Program-made: the position numbers and the translations under genes
From: Bacteroidales bacterium
Lineage (GTDB): Bacteria > Bacteroidota > Bacteroidia > Bacteroidales > UBA4181
Assembly (NCBI GenBank): GCA_031551645.1
Contig: JAVBNI010000084.1
Coordinates: 917-64,916 of the forward strand
Length of the DNA stretch: 64,000 nucleotides
Direction: 5' to 3'
Part shown: positions 10,222 through 19,886 of the stretch, one piece after another
How the letters are laid out: each line of letters starts with the position of its first letter
Position numbering within the stretch: position 1 is the stretch's first letter
Notes under the pieces: generated by a model
Databases searched by the model: none
The model's input: the letters and a program-made list of their open reading frames with translations, nothing else
Told to the model about the DNA's origin: nothing

Positions 10222-10818
10222 TTGTATAATCATTTTATGAAAGTATACTTTTTGATTTCTTTTTCATTATTGTTTTGTTACACAGGGCTATTTGCACAGG
10301 ATTTACAAAAAGCAAAGAAAGCGGATCCTATTGTATGGTGCGGGATTGATTTTACAAGAGCCAAGTTTGTCAGGATAACCGAAACTGCTCAGCAGGTAAA
10401 AGATGTTCTGGAACCCATCAACAACCTGATACCTTCAGAACCGAACAAGTACAATATTTCCAAATATTTTGAAAAGCAAACGGTATTGATCAGTTTGACG
10501 ACGGTACAAAAACGTAATGAGGGGATCAATCCTTCCAAGTTGTTGGCTGCCGATCCGATAACATTGACCCGCGACGATATACAAGAAGTTGTGTCTGCAT
10601 ACGCCGGAGTATCTAACAAAGCGGCTACCGGATTGATATTTGTCGTTGAAAACTGTGACAAATCTGCCCTACAGGCTTCCATATATGTCTGTTTTTTTGA
10701 TATCGGAACAGGAAAAATAATCTATATGGCCAAAGACGAAGGGAAACCACGCGGCTTCGGTTTGAGAAATTATTGGGCAGGCGCTGTCTACCAGGTCATG
10801 AAAAATTGGACATATTAG
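10222..10818 (+). CDS. Secreted hypothetical protein
   Basis: The ORF track starts at TTG 10222. ATG 10237 gives MKVYFLISFSLLFCYTGLFAQ, a typical signal peptide. No family was recognised. Confidence 0.6.
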   Translation: MYNHFMKVYFLISFSLLFCYTGLFAQDLQKAKKADPIVWCGIDFTRAKFVRITETAQQVKDVLEPINNLIPSEPNKYNISKYFEKQTVLISLTTVQKRNEGINPSKLLAADPITLTRDDIQEVVSAYAGVSNKAATGLIFVVENCDKSALQASIYVCFFDIGTGKIIYMAKDEGKPRGFGLRNYWAGAVYQVMKNWTY

Positions 10819-10857
10819 GCCGGTAGTTTTTGATATTACAACCTAAAGTGTAGCGAT

Positions 10858-13800
10858 ATCAGCAACCTTACCATATATAATGCATCAGCGGGTTCAGGGA
10901 AAACTTATACCCTGAGTCGGGAGTATATCAGACTTTTGCTGGAAAATCCGGATTATCACCGCCGTATTCTTGCTGTAACTTTTACCAATAAGGCTACCGA
11001 GGAGATGAAGATACGCATTGTTCGCGAGCTTCATCGCATGAGTCGGCGTGAGGATGACGCTTACATACGTTCGCTGGCTGTTGAAACAGGGTTACACGAG
11101 AATAATATTCCCGGTATTGCCAGGGAAGCGATGGCTCATATTCTGCACGATTATTCTCATTTTTCGGTAGTCACCATCGATAGTTTTTTTCAGAAGGTGA
11201 TCCGTGCATTTGCCCGTGAAATGGGACTTTATGCCGGATATAATGTCGAATTGGACCAATCTACTGTATTGGATGAAGCCATCGACCTGATGCTGGACGG
11301 ATTGGGTGAAAACGATTACCTGAAAGACTGGTTGGTGGATTGGGCCAAGAAAAAGATCGAGGGTGGCAAATCGTGGAACTTCAAGAATGATATCCACAGG
11401 CTTGGTCATGAGATTTTTAGTGAGAACCTGAAAAAGATGGATATGGAATTGTTGGGTGAAATTACCGATAAAAACCGTATCGAATCATTTGGGGCAAAAC
11501 TCGATCAAATGGTGTCTGCCTACATGGAGAAACTTCAAAGTATCGGATTACACGCCATGTCTGTGATTTCCGCTTATGGACTTACGGCTGACGATTTTGT
11601 CCAGAAGGGCAGGGGAGTGGCCGGTTATTTTCGGAAATTGTCCGAGGGACAAAATCCTGTCCCCAACAGTTATGTACAAAAAGCGCTGGACGACATCAGC
11701 GGATGGTGTAGCAAATCTTCATATAGGAAAAACGATGTGGAACAGGCATATTACAATGGGTTGTTCGATATCCTACAGGAAGCATATTTGTTCCAGACAG
11801 ATAATGCTGTGCAGTTTGCTTCGGCCCAGGTCGTGTTGAAACAGCTCAACGTCTTGGGTATATTGTCCGATCTGACGCATCATGTGAAGGAGTACGCCCG
11901 CGGGCAGAATCTGTTTCTGTTGTCTGAAGCGTCGGGGTTTCTCAAAACGATTATTGCTGGTACCGATGCACCTTTCATATACGAACGGGTAGGAAGTTTC
12001 TACAATCATTTCATGATCGATGAATTCCAGGATACATCGGCTATCCAGTGGGATAATTTCCGTCCGTTGGTGGTTAACAGTCTTGGTTCGGGGTATGCCG
12101 ACTGGATTGTAGGCGATGTGAAACAATCTATTTACCGTTGGCGCAACACCGATTGGAAAATACTCTCCGAACAGGTGGAATATGATCTGGGTAAACAAAA
12201 TGTATCCAAGCAATCGTTGGATACCAACTGGCGGAGCGATCCCCGGGTGATACACTTTAACAATGCATTTTTTCGTGCTGCGGTAAGGCACATGTGTCAG
12301 GCTTTCATGCTGGACGAAGAGGATGCTGTTGCCGGTGAGGACTATCTTTCCCAATTGCTGACAGATATGATCCGGGCATATAATGATTCGTACCAGGAAT
12401 TACCGGAGCACAAGATGGGGAATACGGAGGGATATGTCCGTTTGTCAATGATTCCCGAAGAAAAAGACGATGAAGAAAGCTGGCAGGAAAAAGTATTGAA
12501 TGAGTTGCCTGTCCAAATAGAACAATTACAGGACTTGGGCTACTCTTTGTCCGATATTGCCGTTCTGGTGCGTGAGAACAAGGAAGCCCAGATTATTGCC
12601 GACATGCTGCTGGCATACAGGCAAGCACATCCGGATTCGGGTTATCGGTATGATGTCCTTTCCAATGAGTCGTTGCTCATCAAAAATGCTTCGTCAGTAA
12701 AATGGTTGGTTGCAGCCATGCGTTATATTGTTGATCCCGACGACCTTATCAATAAGGCTTTTTTGCAATACGAATACCAACATTATTTAAAGCCTGTCAA
12801 CAGTCAAGTAGTAGATGTGTCCGGGATCTCCCGGGAGGATTTGCAGCAATGGCGTGGTCTGCCCGTATACGAATTGACAGATAAGCTGATACAAATCAGT
12901 GGTTTGTTTTCCAACCCGGAACAGGCGCCCTTTGTTCAGGCGTTCCAGGACATACTCCTTCAATATACGCGTCGTGAAGCGACCGACCTGCGTGCATTCC
13001 TTGAATGGTGGGACGAGAAGAAAGACAAACAATACCTCACCATGCCCGATGGACAGGATGCCATACGATTGATCACCATTCACAAGTCGAAAGGCCTGGA
13101 GTTTGACGCTGTGATTATCCCCTTTTGTGATTGGCCGTTGGCGAAAGAAGGGCGGATATTATGGTGCCAACCCGAAAAAGAACCATTCAACGATATGCAA
13201 TTACTACCGTTGAAATTTGAACAGGCGCTTCGTAATACGATTTTTGTGAAGGATTATCTCAGGGAAAAAATGCTCTCATATATCGACAATCTCAATTTGT
13301 TATATGTGGCTTTTACCCGTGCCCGTAAGTCATTGTTTGTCTACACGCCTTATCAGGAAAAGGAGAGTTTTACCACCGTCAAGGACCTGCTTCGCCGCAT
13401 CTGGCATCAACCGGAAGGTGATGTTGAAGGGGCTTCTGTCGTATCAGACCGTCACTACATCGATTTGGCCGAACACTGGGATACTGAGGCTCATTGTTTC
13501 GAATTAGGAACATTGAGCAGACCCGAAACCAAACGCGAAAGTACCGCAAACGAACAGGCCGCATACTTTGATAGCCTGTCAAGGCGTAGTTGGAATTACG
13601 TGGCGCATGTCACCCGGAACAGTGCATATTTTACGAGTGGTAAGCAACAAAATGTTCAAATGGACAAAGGCCGGTTGCTGCATGACGTTTTTCGCAACAT
13701 TGTCACCACTACCGATTTGGAACGTTGCCTCAATGGGTTGATTGTCGAAGGCAAATTATCAGAATCCGAACGAACGCACCTTGCCGGTACAATCAGATTG

Positions 13801-14088
13801 GCGTTACAGGATCCGGTGGTTAACCGGTGGTTTTCTCCCGATGTCCGGGTGAAAACAGAAACCGATATCCTGCTTCCCGATGGAACCATTGCCCGTCCCG
13901 ACCGGATGGTTTTCGACGAAACAAAATTGCAAGTGATTGATTATAAATTTGGAGAACAGGAGTCACCCGGTTACCAAAGACAGGTTTTGTATTATATGCG
14001 CCATTTGAAAGATATGGGATATACCTTTGTCGAAGGCTTCTTATGGTATGTTACATTAAACAAAGTATTAAAAGTTAACCAAAATTAA
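10858..14088 (+). CDS. UvrD/PcrA-type superfamily-1 helicase fused to a C-terminal PD-(D/E)XK nuclease (AddA-like)
   Basis: The ORF track starts at TTG 10936, but the Walker A motif (NASAGSGKTYTL) is encoded in the same frame at 10879-10914. Other motifs are VTFTNKAT, MIDEFQDTS and VGDVKQSIYRWR. The C-terminal nuclease motif is DRMVFDE...VIDYKFGE. The 5' end is uncertain (see findings). Confidence 0.85.
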   Translation: MSNLTIYNASAGSGKTYTLSREYIRLLLENPDYHRRILAVTFTNKATEEMKIRIVRELHRMSRREDDAYIRSLAVETGLHENNIPGIAREAMAHILHDYSHFSVVTIDSFFQKVIRAFAREMGLYAGYNVELDQSTVLDEAIDLMLDGLGENDYLKDWLVDWAKKKIEGGKSWNFKNDIHRLGHEIFSENLKKMDMELLGEITDKNRIESFGAKLDQMVSAYMEKLQSIGLHAMSVISAYGLTADDFVQKGRGVAGYFRKLSEGQNPVPNSYVQKALDDISGWCSKSSYRKNDVEQAYYNGLFDILQEAYLFQTDNAVQFASAQVVLKQLNVLGILSDLTHHVKEYARGQNLFLLSEASGFLKTIIAGTDAPFIYERVGSFYNHFMIDEFQDTSAIQWDNFRPLVVNSLGSGYADWIVGDVKQSIYRWRNTDWKILSEQVEYDLGKQNVSKQSLDTNWRSDPRVIHFNNAFFRAAVRHMCQAFMLDEEDAVAGEDYLSQLLTDMIRAYNDSYQELPEHKMGNTEGYVRLSMIPEEKDDEESWQEKVLNELPVQIEQLQDLGYSLSDIAVLVRENKEAQIIADMLLAYRQAHPDSGYRYDVLSNESLLIKNASSVKWLVAAMRYIVDPDDLINKAFLQYEYQHYLKPVNSQVVDVSGISREDLQQWRGLPVYELTDKLIQISGLFSNPEQAPFVQAFQDILLQYTRREATDLRAFLEWWDEKKDKQYLTMPDGQDAIRLITIHKSKGLEFDAVIIPFCDWPLAKEGRILWCQPEKEPFNDMQLLPLKFEQALRNTIFVKDYLREKMLSYIDNLNLLYVAFTRARKSLFVYTPYQEKESFTTVKDLLRRIWHQPEGDVEGASVVSDRHYIDLAEHWDTEAHCFELGTLSRPETKRESTANEQAAYFDSLSRRSWNYVAHVTRNSAYFTSGKQQNVQMDKGRLLHDVFRNIVTTTDLERCLNGLIVEGKLSESERTHLAGTIRLALQDPVVNRWFSPDVRVKTETDILLPDGTIARPDRMVFDETKLQVIDYKFGEQESPGYQRQVLYYMRHLKDMGYTFVEGFLWYVTLNKVLKVNQN

Positions 14089-14095
14089 TAGATTC

Positions 14096-16666
14096 ATGAA
14101 AAATGTAAATAAATCAAAATCAGGAAACAATATTTCCCGTAGAGCATTCATCAATCGTACGGCAGCCGGAACTGCTGTTTTTGCACTTGCTCCGGCAACT
14201 GTACTGATGGCCAATGATCTGCAACAAACCACTCCATGGCCGAAAGATGCTACAAAATTCAGGTTTCACATGATTGGTCACGGGCACATCGATCCGGTAT
14301 GGCTTTGGCCTTGGAGAGAGGGTATTTCCATTGTACACAGTACATTTCGTTCGGCGCTCGACCGGATGAATGAAACCCCTGATTTTGTTTTTACCTCCAG
14401 TTCAGCACAGTTTTACCAATGGGTAGAAGAAAATGATCCCAAAATGCTGGCCGAAATCCGTAAGCGGGTGGCCGAAGGTCGTTGGAATATCGTCGGGGGA
14501 TGGTGGGTCGAGCCCGATATGAACATGCCGTCGGGTGAGGCAATGGTACGCCAGGGATTGTATGGACAGTTGACTTTCCAACGCCTTTTGGGACACCGTG
14601 CAAAGGTGGCATTTAATCCCGATTCGTTTGGGCATACGGGTACTTTGCCTCAGATTATCAGATTACAGGGAATGAACGATTATGTTTTCATGCGTCCGCA
14701 ACCCAATGAAAAGACATTGCCTGCCGATCTTTTCTGGTGGGAAAGCGCCGACGGGACACGTGTGTTGACTTATCGCATCCAGCGGAGTTATAACGAAAGC
14801 AGATCGGTAAAAGGACGGGTTGAGCAGATATTGGAACAATGCAAGAATCAACCGATGAAAAGTTTTATGGCCTTTTATGGGGTAGGCGATCATGGAGGAG
14901 GCGCTACGAAGGAAAATATCAAGTCCATCGAAGAACTGAAGACTGAAAAAGGTGCGCCTGTCGTTTTCTACAGTAGTGTCGACCGGTATTTTGACGAAAT
15001 GCGCGCCGACAAGAAATTAAATCTTCCGGTTGTGAAAGACGACCTCCAACATCATGCGGTGGGTTGTTATACGGCTGATTGGGAAATCAAAAAGTACAAT
15101 CGTCAGTCAGAAGCGGCATTGGTGACGGCCGAAAAAATAGCAACCATTGGTGCACAAATTTGGAATGTTAATTATCCAAAAAATAAGTTTACCGATGCAT
15201 GGCACAGGGTGTTGTTCCTTCAGTTCCACGACAGCCTTGCCGGTAGTTCCCTTTACGAACACACTCAAGCGGCCAGGGAAGGATATGGTTATGCAGCCGA
15301 TATTGCACGTAATGCTGCCTATATGGCTGTTCAGAAATTAGAATGGCAGATAGCGGCAGAAGATCCGGATTCCAGTTATATGGTTGTTTTCAATCCCCAT
15401 GCATGGGAAGTCAAGCAGAATATCGAGTATGATTTCAATTGGGGAACCATGCATCCGTCGTCATGTGTGGAAGATGAGCAGGGTAATTCGCTTCCTCACC
15501 AATGGACATCGGGACAGTCGGAAACAGGCAGCCGCAAGACGCTTATATTCAATGCTACCATTCCGCCGATGGGATATCGCCAGATACGCATATGGGATGG
15601 TCCGACCTTCCAGGTGAAAAATCCGGTCACGGCATCAAGCAACAGTCTTGAAAATGAATATCTCCGGGTACGTTTTTCATCAAACGGAGCGATAAGCATA
15701 TTCGACAGGGAAACAGGCAAGGAAGTATTTTCAGGAAATGAAAATGGTTGCAGGGCGGTTGTGATTGATGATCCGAGCGATGCATGGAGCCATAGCGTCA
15801 AAAGTTATTCGAAAGAAATAGGCGCTTTCGGGAATGCAACCACCAAAGTACTCGAAAATGGTCCGTTGCGGGCAATTGTCAGGGTAATATCTACTTACGG
15901 GGCGTCTGTGCTAACCATTGATTGGTGTCTTTATTCAGGATGTAAAAATCTGGAAGCCAAAGTGACGCTTGATTGGCACGAACGTCTTAAAATACTTAAG
16001 TTTTCTTTCCCAGTAGATGTTGAATCGCCGGTAGCAACCTACGAAACGTCCTACGGTTACATTGTACGTCAGACAAATGGCGATGAAGACCCCGGACAAA
16101 GATGGATCGACGTGAGTGGAAAACGTGGTGGAAGCAATTATGGCCTTACAGTATTCAACGATGCAAAATACGGATATAATGTAGCCGGGAATGATATGCG
16201 CATTTCGGTTGCCCGTGGCGCCGTATATGCCCATCATGATCCCAAGGTTTTAGATATGAGTGCAGAACATTACTGGATGGATCAGGGAAGACAAACCTTC
16301 CGCATGTTACTTGTTCCGCATAAGGAAACCTGGAAAGAAAATAATATCATACAAATTGCGGAAGAATTTATTGCTCCATCACTGACTCTTTATCAGGGAA
16401 TTCATGGCGGATCGATGCCAAAATCGGGGTCATTCGTTTCGATTGATACGAAAAACGTAGTTGTATCTTCGATTAAGCAGGCAGAAGAAGGAGAAGATAT
16501 CATTGTTCGTTGTGTGGAAACATTAGGAGCGCCGGCGACTGCAACTGTCGATTTACGTTTTGTCAAACAAAAATGGACAGGTAATTTCAAACCCTGCGAA
16601 ATAAAGACATTACGTGTCAATCCAAAAACAGGAGCTGTCAGGGAAGTAAATCTCCTGGAAGAATAA
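14096..16666 (+). CDS. Glycoside hydrolase family 38 alpha-mannosidase with a Tat-type signal
   Basis: N-terminal ISRRAFINRTAAGTAVFALA is a twin-arginine signal. GH38 core motifs are HGHIDPVWLW, GGWWVEPDMNMPSGE and GVGDHGGG. Confidence 0.88.
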   Translation: MKNVNKSKSGNNISRRAFINRTAAGTAVFALAPATVLMANDLQQTTPWPKDATKFRFHMIGHGHIDPVWLWPWREGISIVHSTFRSALDRMNETPDFVFTSSSAQFYQWVEENDPKMLAEIRKRVAEGRWNIVGGWWVEPDMNMPSGEAMVRQGLYGQLTFQRLLGHRAKVAFNPDSFGHTGTLPQIIRLQGMNDYVFMRPQPNEKTLPADLFWWESADGTRVLTYRIQRSYNESRSVKGRVEQILEQCKNQPMKSFMAFYGVGDHGGGATKENIKSIEELKTEKGAPVVFYSSVDRYFDEMRADKKLNLPVVKDDLQHHAVGCYTADWEIKKYNRQSEAALVTAEKIATIGAQIWNVNYPKNKFTDAWHRVLFLQFHDSLAGSSLYEHTQAAREGYGYAADIARNAAYMAVQKLEWQIAAEDPDSSYMVVFNPHAWEVKQNIEYDFNWGTMHPSSCVEDEQGNSLPHQWTSGQSETGSRKTLIFNATIPPMGYRQIRIWDGPTFQVKNPVTASSNSLENEYLRVRFSSNGAISIFDRETGKEVFSGNENGCRAVVIDDPSDAWSHSVKSYSKEIGAFGNATTKVLENGPLRAIVRVISTYGASVLTIDWCLYSGCKNLEAKVTLDWHERLKILKFSFPVDVESPVATYETSYGYIVRQTNGDEDPGQRWIDVSGKRGGSNYGLTVFNDAKYGYNVAGNDMRISVARGAVYAHHDPKVLDMSAEHYWMDQGRQTFRMLLVPHKETWKENNIIQIAEEFIAPSLTLYQGIHGGSMPKSGSFVSIDTKNVVVSSIKQAEEGEDIIVRCVETLGAPATATVDLRFVKQKWTGNFKPCEIKTLRVNPKTGAVREVNLLEE

Positions 16667-16680
16667 TATCAGAACATGGG

Positions 16681-16724
16681 AACAGGTGGCATGAGGGGCT
16701 ATATGCATCATGCTGCCTGTTTTT
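16681..16724 (+). terminator. Rho-independent terminator after the GH38 gene
   Basis: A 14-bp stem (16681-16694 / 16708-16721, two G-U pairs) with a 13-nt loop, running into TTTTT (16720-16724). Confidence 0.6.
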
Positions 16725-16906
16725 ATGAAAAATTGTATCGTTATAGACTCAATGGGTTTAGCCATTTTATATTTTGGCATTAAAAATATTTTGAACAAAC
16801 AACATGGCATTATTTTCGTATGAAAACATGGCATTGTATCTTTGTGCGTTGCCAAAATGTCAAAAATGATTGTCAGGCAATGCGTTAATGATTATATCGC
16901 CTATTA

Positions 16907-17680
16907 GTGAAAATAATAAACCATATAACACAAGGATTTAATGATCTGCTTTTTTGGTTGGAAGAGCATTATATTGGTATCCTAACTACGATTGCCTTAC
17001 ATTTGTTTATTATTTCAATTATACTTGTTTTGAAAATCCGTACGAATGCAGAGCGCGAATATAACATTGTCATTGACTTGTCGCAGATTCATGTCACAGA
17101 AGAACAACCCGAACAGCCGCCAACACCTCAGGAAGGGGGAGCTCAACAATATGCAGAAAATCAGACTCCAGAATACAGTATACGTAATATTCCGGTCAAC
17201 GTTGCCAATGAACGCGCTGTGGAAAATATCGAAAAAATGGTACGCGATATCAAGACGGAAATGAATATTACCGACCCGCCGCCGCAACAGGAGCAAGCCG
17301 AAATTATAGAGCAGGAAAAAGAATTACTTGAAAACGAAGCCCGGATATATGAGGATAAGTTTCCGGCGAATGCCGCTGGTGAACGTACCGTTTATAAGGG
17401 ACCTACTACTGTTTCGTATGAGTTGAGTGGTCGTCGACATATGTGGATGCCAGCCCCGGTATATAAATGCCAGGGACAAGGCAAGATTGTAGTGGATATA
17501 GTAGTGAATCCCAGGGGATATGTCATATCGGCCGAAATCAACAAAAATAAATCGGAATCCCAGGATCTGTGTCTGATTGAAGCTGCCAAGCGGGATGCCG
17601 AACGTTCGCGTTTTAATGATTCTTCTTCGGCGCCAGCCAAACAACAGGGAAGTATCACTTATATCTTTATAGCACAGTAG
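16907..17680 (+). CDS. Membrane-anchored protein with a P/Q/E-rich linker and a TonB-C-like domain
   Basis: GTG start and one N-terminal TM helix (ILTTIALHLFIISIILVLKI). The acidic/Pro/Gln linker is EEQPEQPPTPQEGG...PPPQQEQAE. The C-terminal ~90 aa resemble a TonB C-terminal domain (GKIVVDIVVNPRGYVISAEI). Confidence 0.45.
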   Translation: MKIINHITQGFNDLLFWLEEHYIGILTTIALHLFIISIILVLKIRTNAEREYNIVIDLSQIHVTEEQPEQPPTPQEGGAQQYAENQTPEYSIRNIPVNVANERAVENIEKMVRDIKTEMNITDPPPQQEQAEIIEQEKELLENEARIYEDKFPANAAGERTVYKGPTTVSYELSGRRHMWMPAPVYKCQGQGKIVVDIVVNPRGYVISAEINKNKSESQDLCLIEAAKRDAERSRFNDSSSAPAKQQGSITYIFIAQ

Positions 17681-17681
17681 T

Positions 17682-17709
17682 GTTTAAGTTAAGAATTAAG
17701 AATTGCAAC
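17682..17709. repeat. Post-stop heptamer repeat (gtttaag ttaagaa ttaagaa ttgcaac)
   Basis: It starts 2 nt after the stop at 17678-17680. The unit ttaagaa is the reverse complement of the ttcttaa units at 59031-59051. Confidence 0.6.
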
Positions 17710-17757
17710 ACACATATTTTTAGTTTGTTATGTGTTTTTACAGCGTCGCTTTGTAAT

Positions 17758-18015
17758 TAGGGTCTGCTGAAAAAGTCAAGACTGTGTAGTTTTGTCAAAT
17801 TTCTCACCGAAAATCATCCAAATCGACACATTTTTTCGTGAAATCAGCATCAAGAGTTCGATTTTTGAATTCAAAATCCGAGAAAATTGAATCGGCCAAT
17901 TTTTCAAGTGCAAGGGTTTTGAGCACTTTTATCATATTTCCTTGCACTTAGGATAGAGAAAATGATATTAAAAGCATTGATTTATAAAATATTATTACTT
18001 TTTCAGCAGACCCTA
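17758..18015. repeat. 258-bp element bounded by a perfect 19-bp inverted repeat
   Basis: tagggtctgctgaaaaagt (17758-17776) is the exact reverse complement of actttttcagcagacccta (17997-18015). The 220-bp interior is non-coding. It contains a 10-bp hairpin (17906-17915 / 17940-17949) and a near-palindrome centred on gaattc (17867-17872). Confidence 0.75.
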
Positions 18016-18108
18016 TTTATCAGTCTCAAAGACACTATATAAAGACAGTATCAAACTATTTATTGATATAACTTAATAAAAAAGGCACAAATATTCCACA
18101 AAACACAC

Positions 18109-18972
18109 CTAATCGTTCCACAAATCGTATGGAAAAACGCTTAACAAATTATCTCTCAAAGAATCAAGTTGAGGTATTCGTTCTGGTGACATAGATAGAG
18201 CATCTTCAACATTCGAAGCAACTTTATATGTATATCGTTCAGTACTATAATAATAGTCATTATATTTAAATTTTGATCGATTAAAATCGCCGGCATCCAA
18301 TAAAATTGCAGGAATACCATAGGCGTCAGCTAAAATAATGCCATGTAATGAGCTAGATATAACAACTTTACATAACAATAATTCATCTACAAATGACTGC
18401 CATTTATTGGTTTCAATATCTAATACATTATCTGGATATTTAGTTTTATAATTTTCAAATCCAGTCAAAAAACGAGGAATTATAGCAAAATCTTTAGTAG
18501 GGGATATATTCGGTTTGTAAAATAAAGGCAGTAAAATTGCCGGATCACCCATTATGTCAGGACATTTTAATCCAAATGATTCCAATTGTTTTTTTGTTTC
18601 AGGACCTCTAACTGCACGGATATCATATTTTGACTTTTTTATCCTGTTTTCATATTCTTTATTTTTAAACATACCACTTCCCCAAACAGTAGCATTTATA
18701 ACATTAAAACCTAAAATAGAACCAATCGCTAAAAGGTGCCTGGTTCTTTTAACTGGCTGATCTAATGAAAGTTTCTGCTCTTTGAGGATGAAATCAACAA
18801 TAACCTTCGATAAATAGTCGCCTAAATTATCTGAAAATAAAGTAGGTCGCCAATAATGCAAATTCACTCTATTACGTCGTACCCGTCTTTTAGAATCTCC
18901 ACAAATAAAATTACCGTCACCACCAGATAAAGAGACATAAATGTTTCTAATCGTTTTTTTTATTTTTACCAT
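18109..18972 (-). CDS. Polysaccharide pyruvyl transferase family protein
   Basis: CsaB/WcaK-like motifs: NLGDYLS, VRGPETKKQL, GDPAILLP, SSSLHGIILADAYGIPAILL. Confidence 0.75.
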   Translation of the reverse strand: MVKIKKTIRNIYVSLSGGDGNFICGDSKRRVRRNRVNLHYWRPTLFSDNLGDYLSKVIVDFILKEQKLSLDQPVKRTRHLLAIGSILGFNVINATVWGSGMFKNKEYENRIKKSKYDIRAVRGPETKKQLESFGLKCPDIMGDPAILLPLFYKPNISPTKDFAIIPRFLTGFENYKTKYPDNVLDIETNKWQSFVDELLLCKVVISSSLHGIILADAYGIPAILLDAGDFNRSKFKYNDYYYSTERYTYKVASNVEDALSMSPERIPQLDSLRDNLLSVFPYDLWND

Positions 18973-19017
18973 AAATTATTTTCTATAATTATGAATTTTT
19001 GTTTTTACTATATTAAT

Positions 19018-19782
19018 CTATGTTCTCATGAACAAATAATCAAAACTAAATTTTACATTTCGATAAATAGTTCGAATAAATACAATTAAAATGTTATTTC
19101 CTCGTTTCCACGCCACTCTTTTCATAGTACTTGGTTCGATAGAATTTGATTGCACCAATAAATTTTTATAATCATTATAGAATAATGCTTTACCTTTTTT
19201 CTGAAGCACAGATATCATCATACGATATTCCGTCTGTTCCGGATTCAACCCTTCGGCATAACGTCCAAATTTATCAAAAAAAGTACTCACGCGTAAATGA
19301 GGATGGTCACTATAAAAATAATATTTTTTATAACCTCGTTTCCAAAAACCAAATTTCATTTTTGAAAAACCATCTTGAAAATCTTTTAGATATGGATACC
19401 TTTGGTATGCATAAAACCGGATGAGATCATACTCATTATTCTGATTTAAAGCTAAAGCTGTTGCCAGTTTATCAGGAAAAAGCTCTGTAGGAATAAAGTC
19501 TTCCTGAACATATAAAGTATATTTGGCCCGAATAGCATCTTGTCCTTTATTGATATTATTACCCAATCCGCCATTTCGAGGTGTTGTCACCAATTGAAAA
19601 CCATACTCCTCTTGAAGTGATTTCACTTTATCCAAGTGTTCCGGCTTACTACAATCATCAGATACCACAATCTCATTAAAGCTACAACCCAAATTTTTAA
19701 AGGCACTTAATAGTCTCTCTAATGACAAACTCCTATTATAATGTGTAACCAAAAGGGCTACATTCGAAAAATGATATTCCAT
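19018..19782 (-). CDS. Glycosyltransferase family 2
   Basis: N-terminal GT-A signature (LLVTHYNRSLSLERLL...IVVSDDCSKPEH...YVQEDF). Confidence 0.7.
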   Translation of the reverse strand: MEYHFSNVALLVTHYNRSLSLERLLSAFKNLGCSFNEIVVSDDCSKPEHLDKVKSLQEEYGFQLVTTPRNGGLGNNINKGQDAIRAKYTLYVQEDFIPTELFPDKLATALALNQNNEYDLIRFYAYQRYPYLKDFQDGFSKMKFGFWKRGYKKYYFYSDHPHLRVSTFFDKFGRYAEGLNPEQTEYRMMISVLQKKGKALFYNDYKNLLVQSNSIEPSTMKRVAWKRGNNILIVFIRTIYRNVKFSFDYLFMRT

Positions 19783-19886
19783 AACTAACTATATTAAAGC
19801 AAACAATTCATACAAACAACTAATCCACAAAATTACACGTAACTTTATACCTTTTCAATTTTTCATTCACACTGAAATTTGTCATT

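Noticed and set aside
11773-12354. 193-aa minus-strand ORF inside the helicase-nuclease gene.
   Set aside because: It is antisense to a gene with clear helicase motifs and has no motifs of its own.
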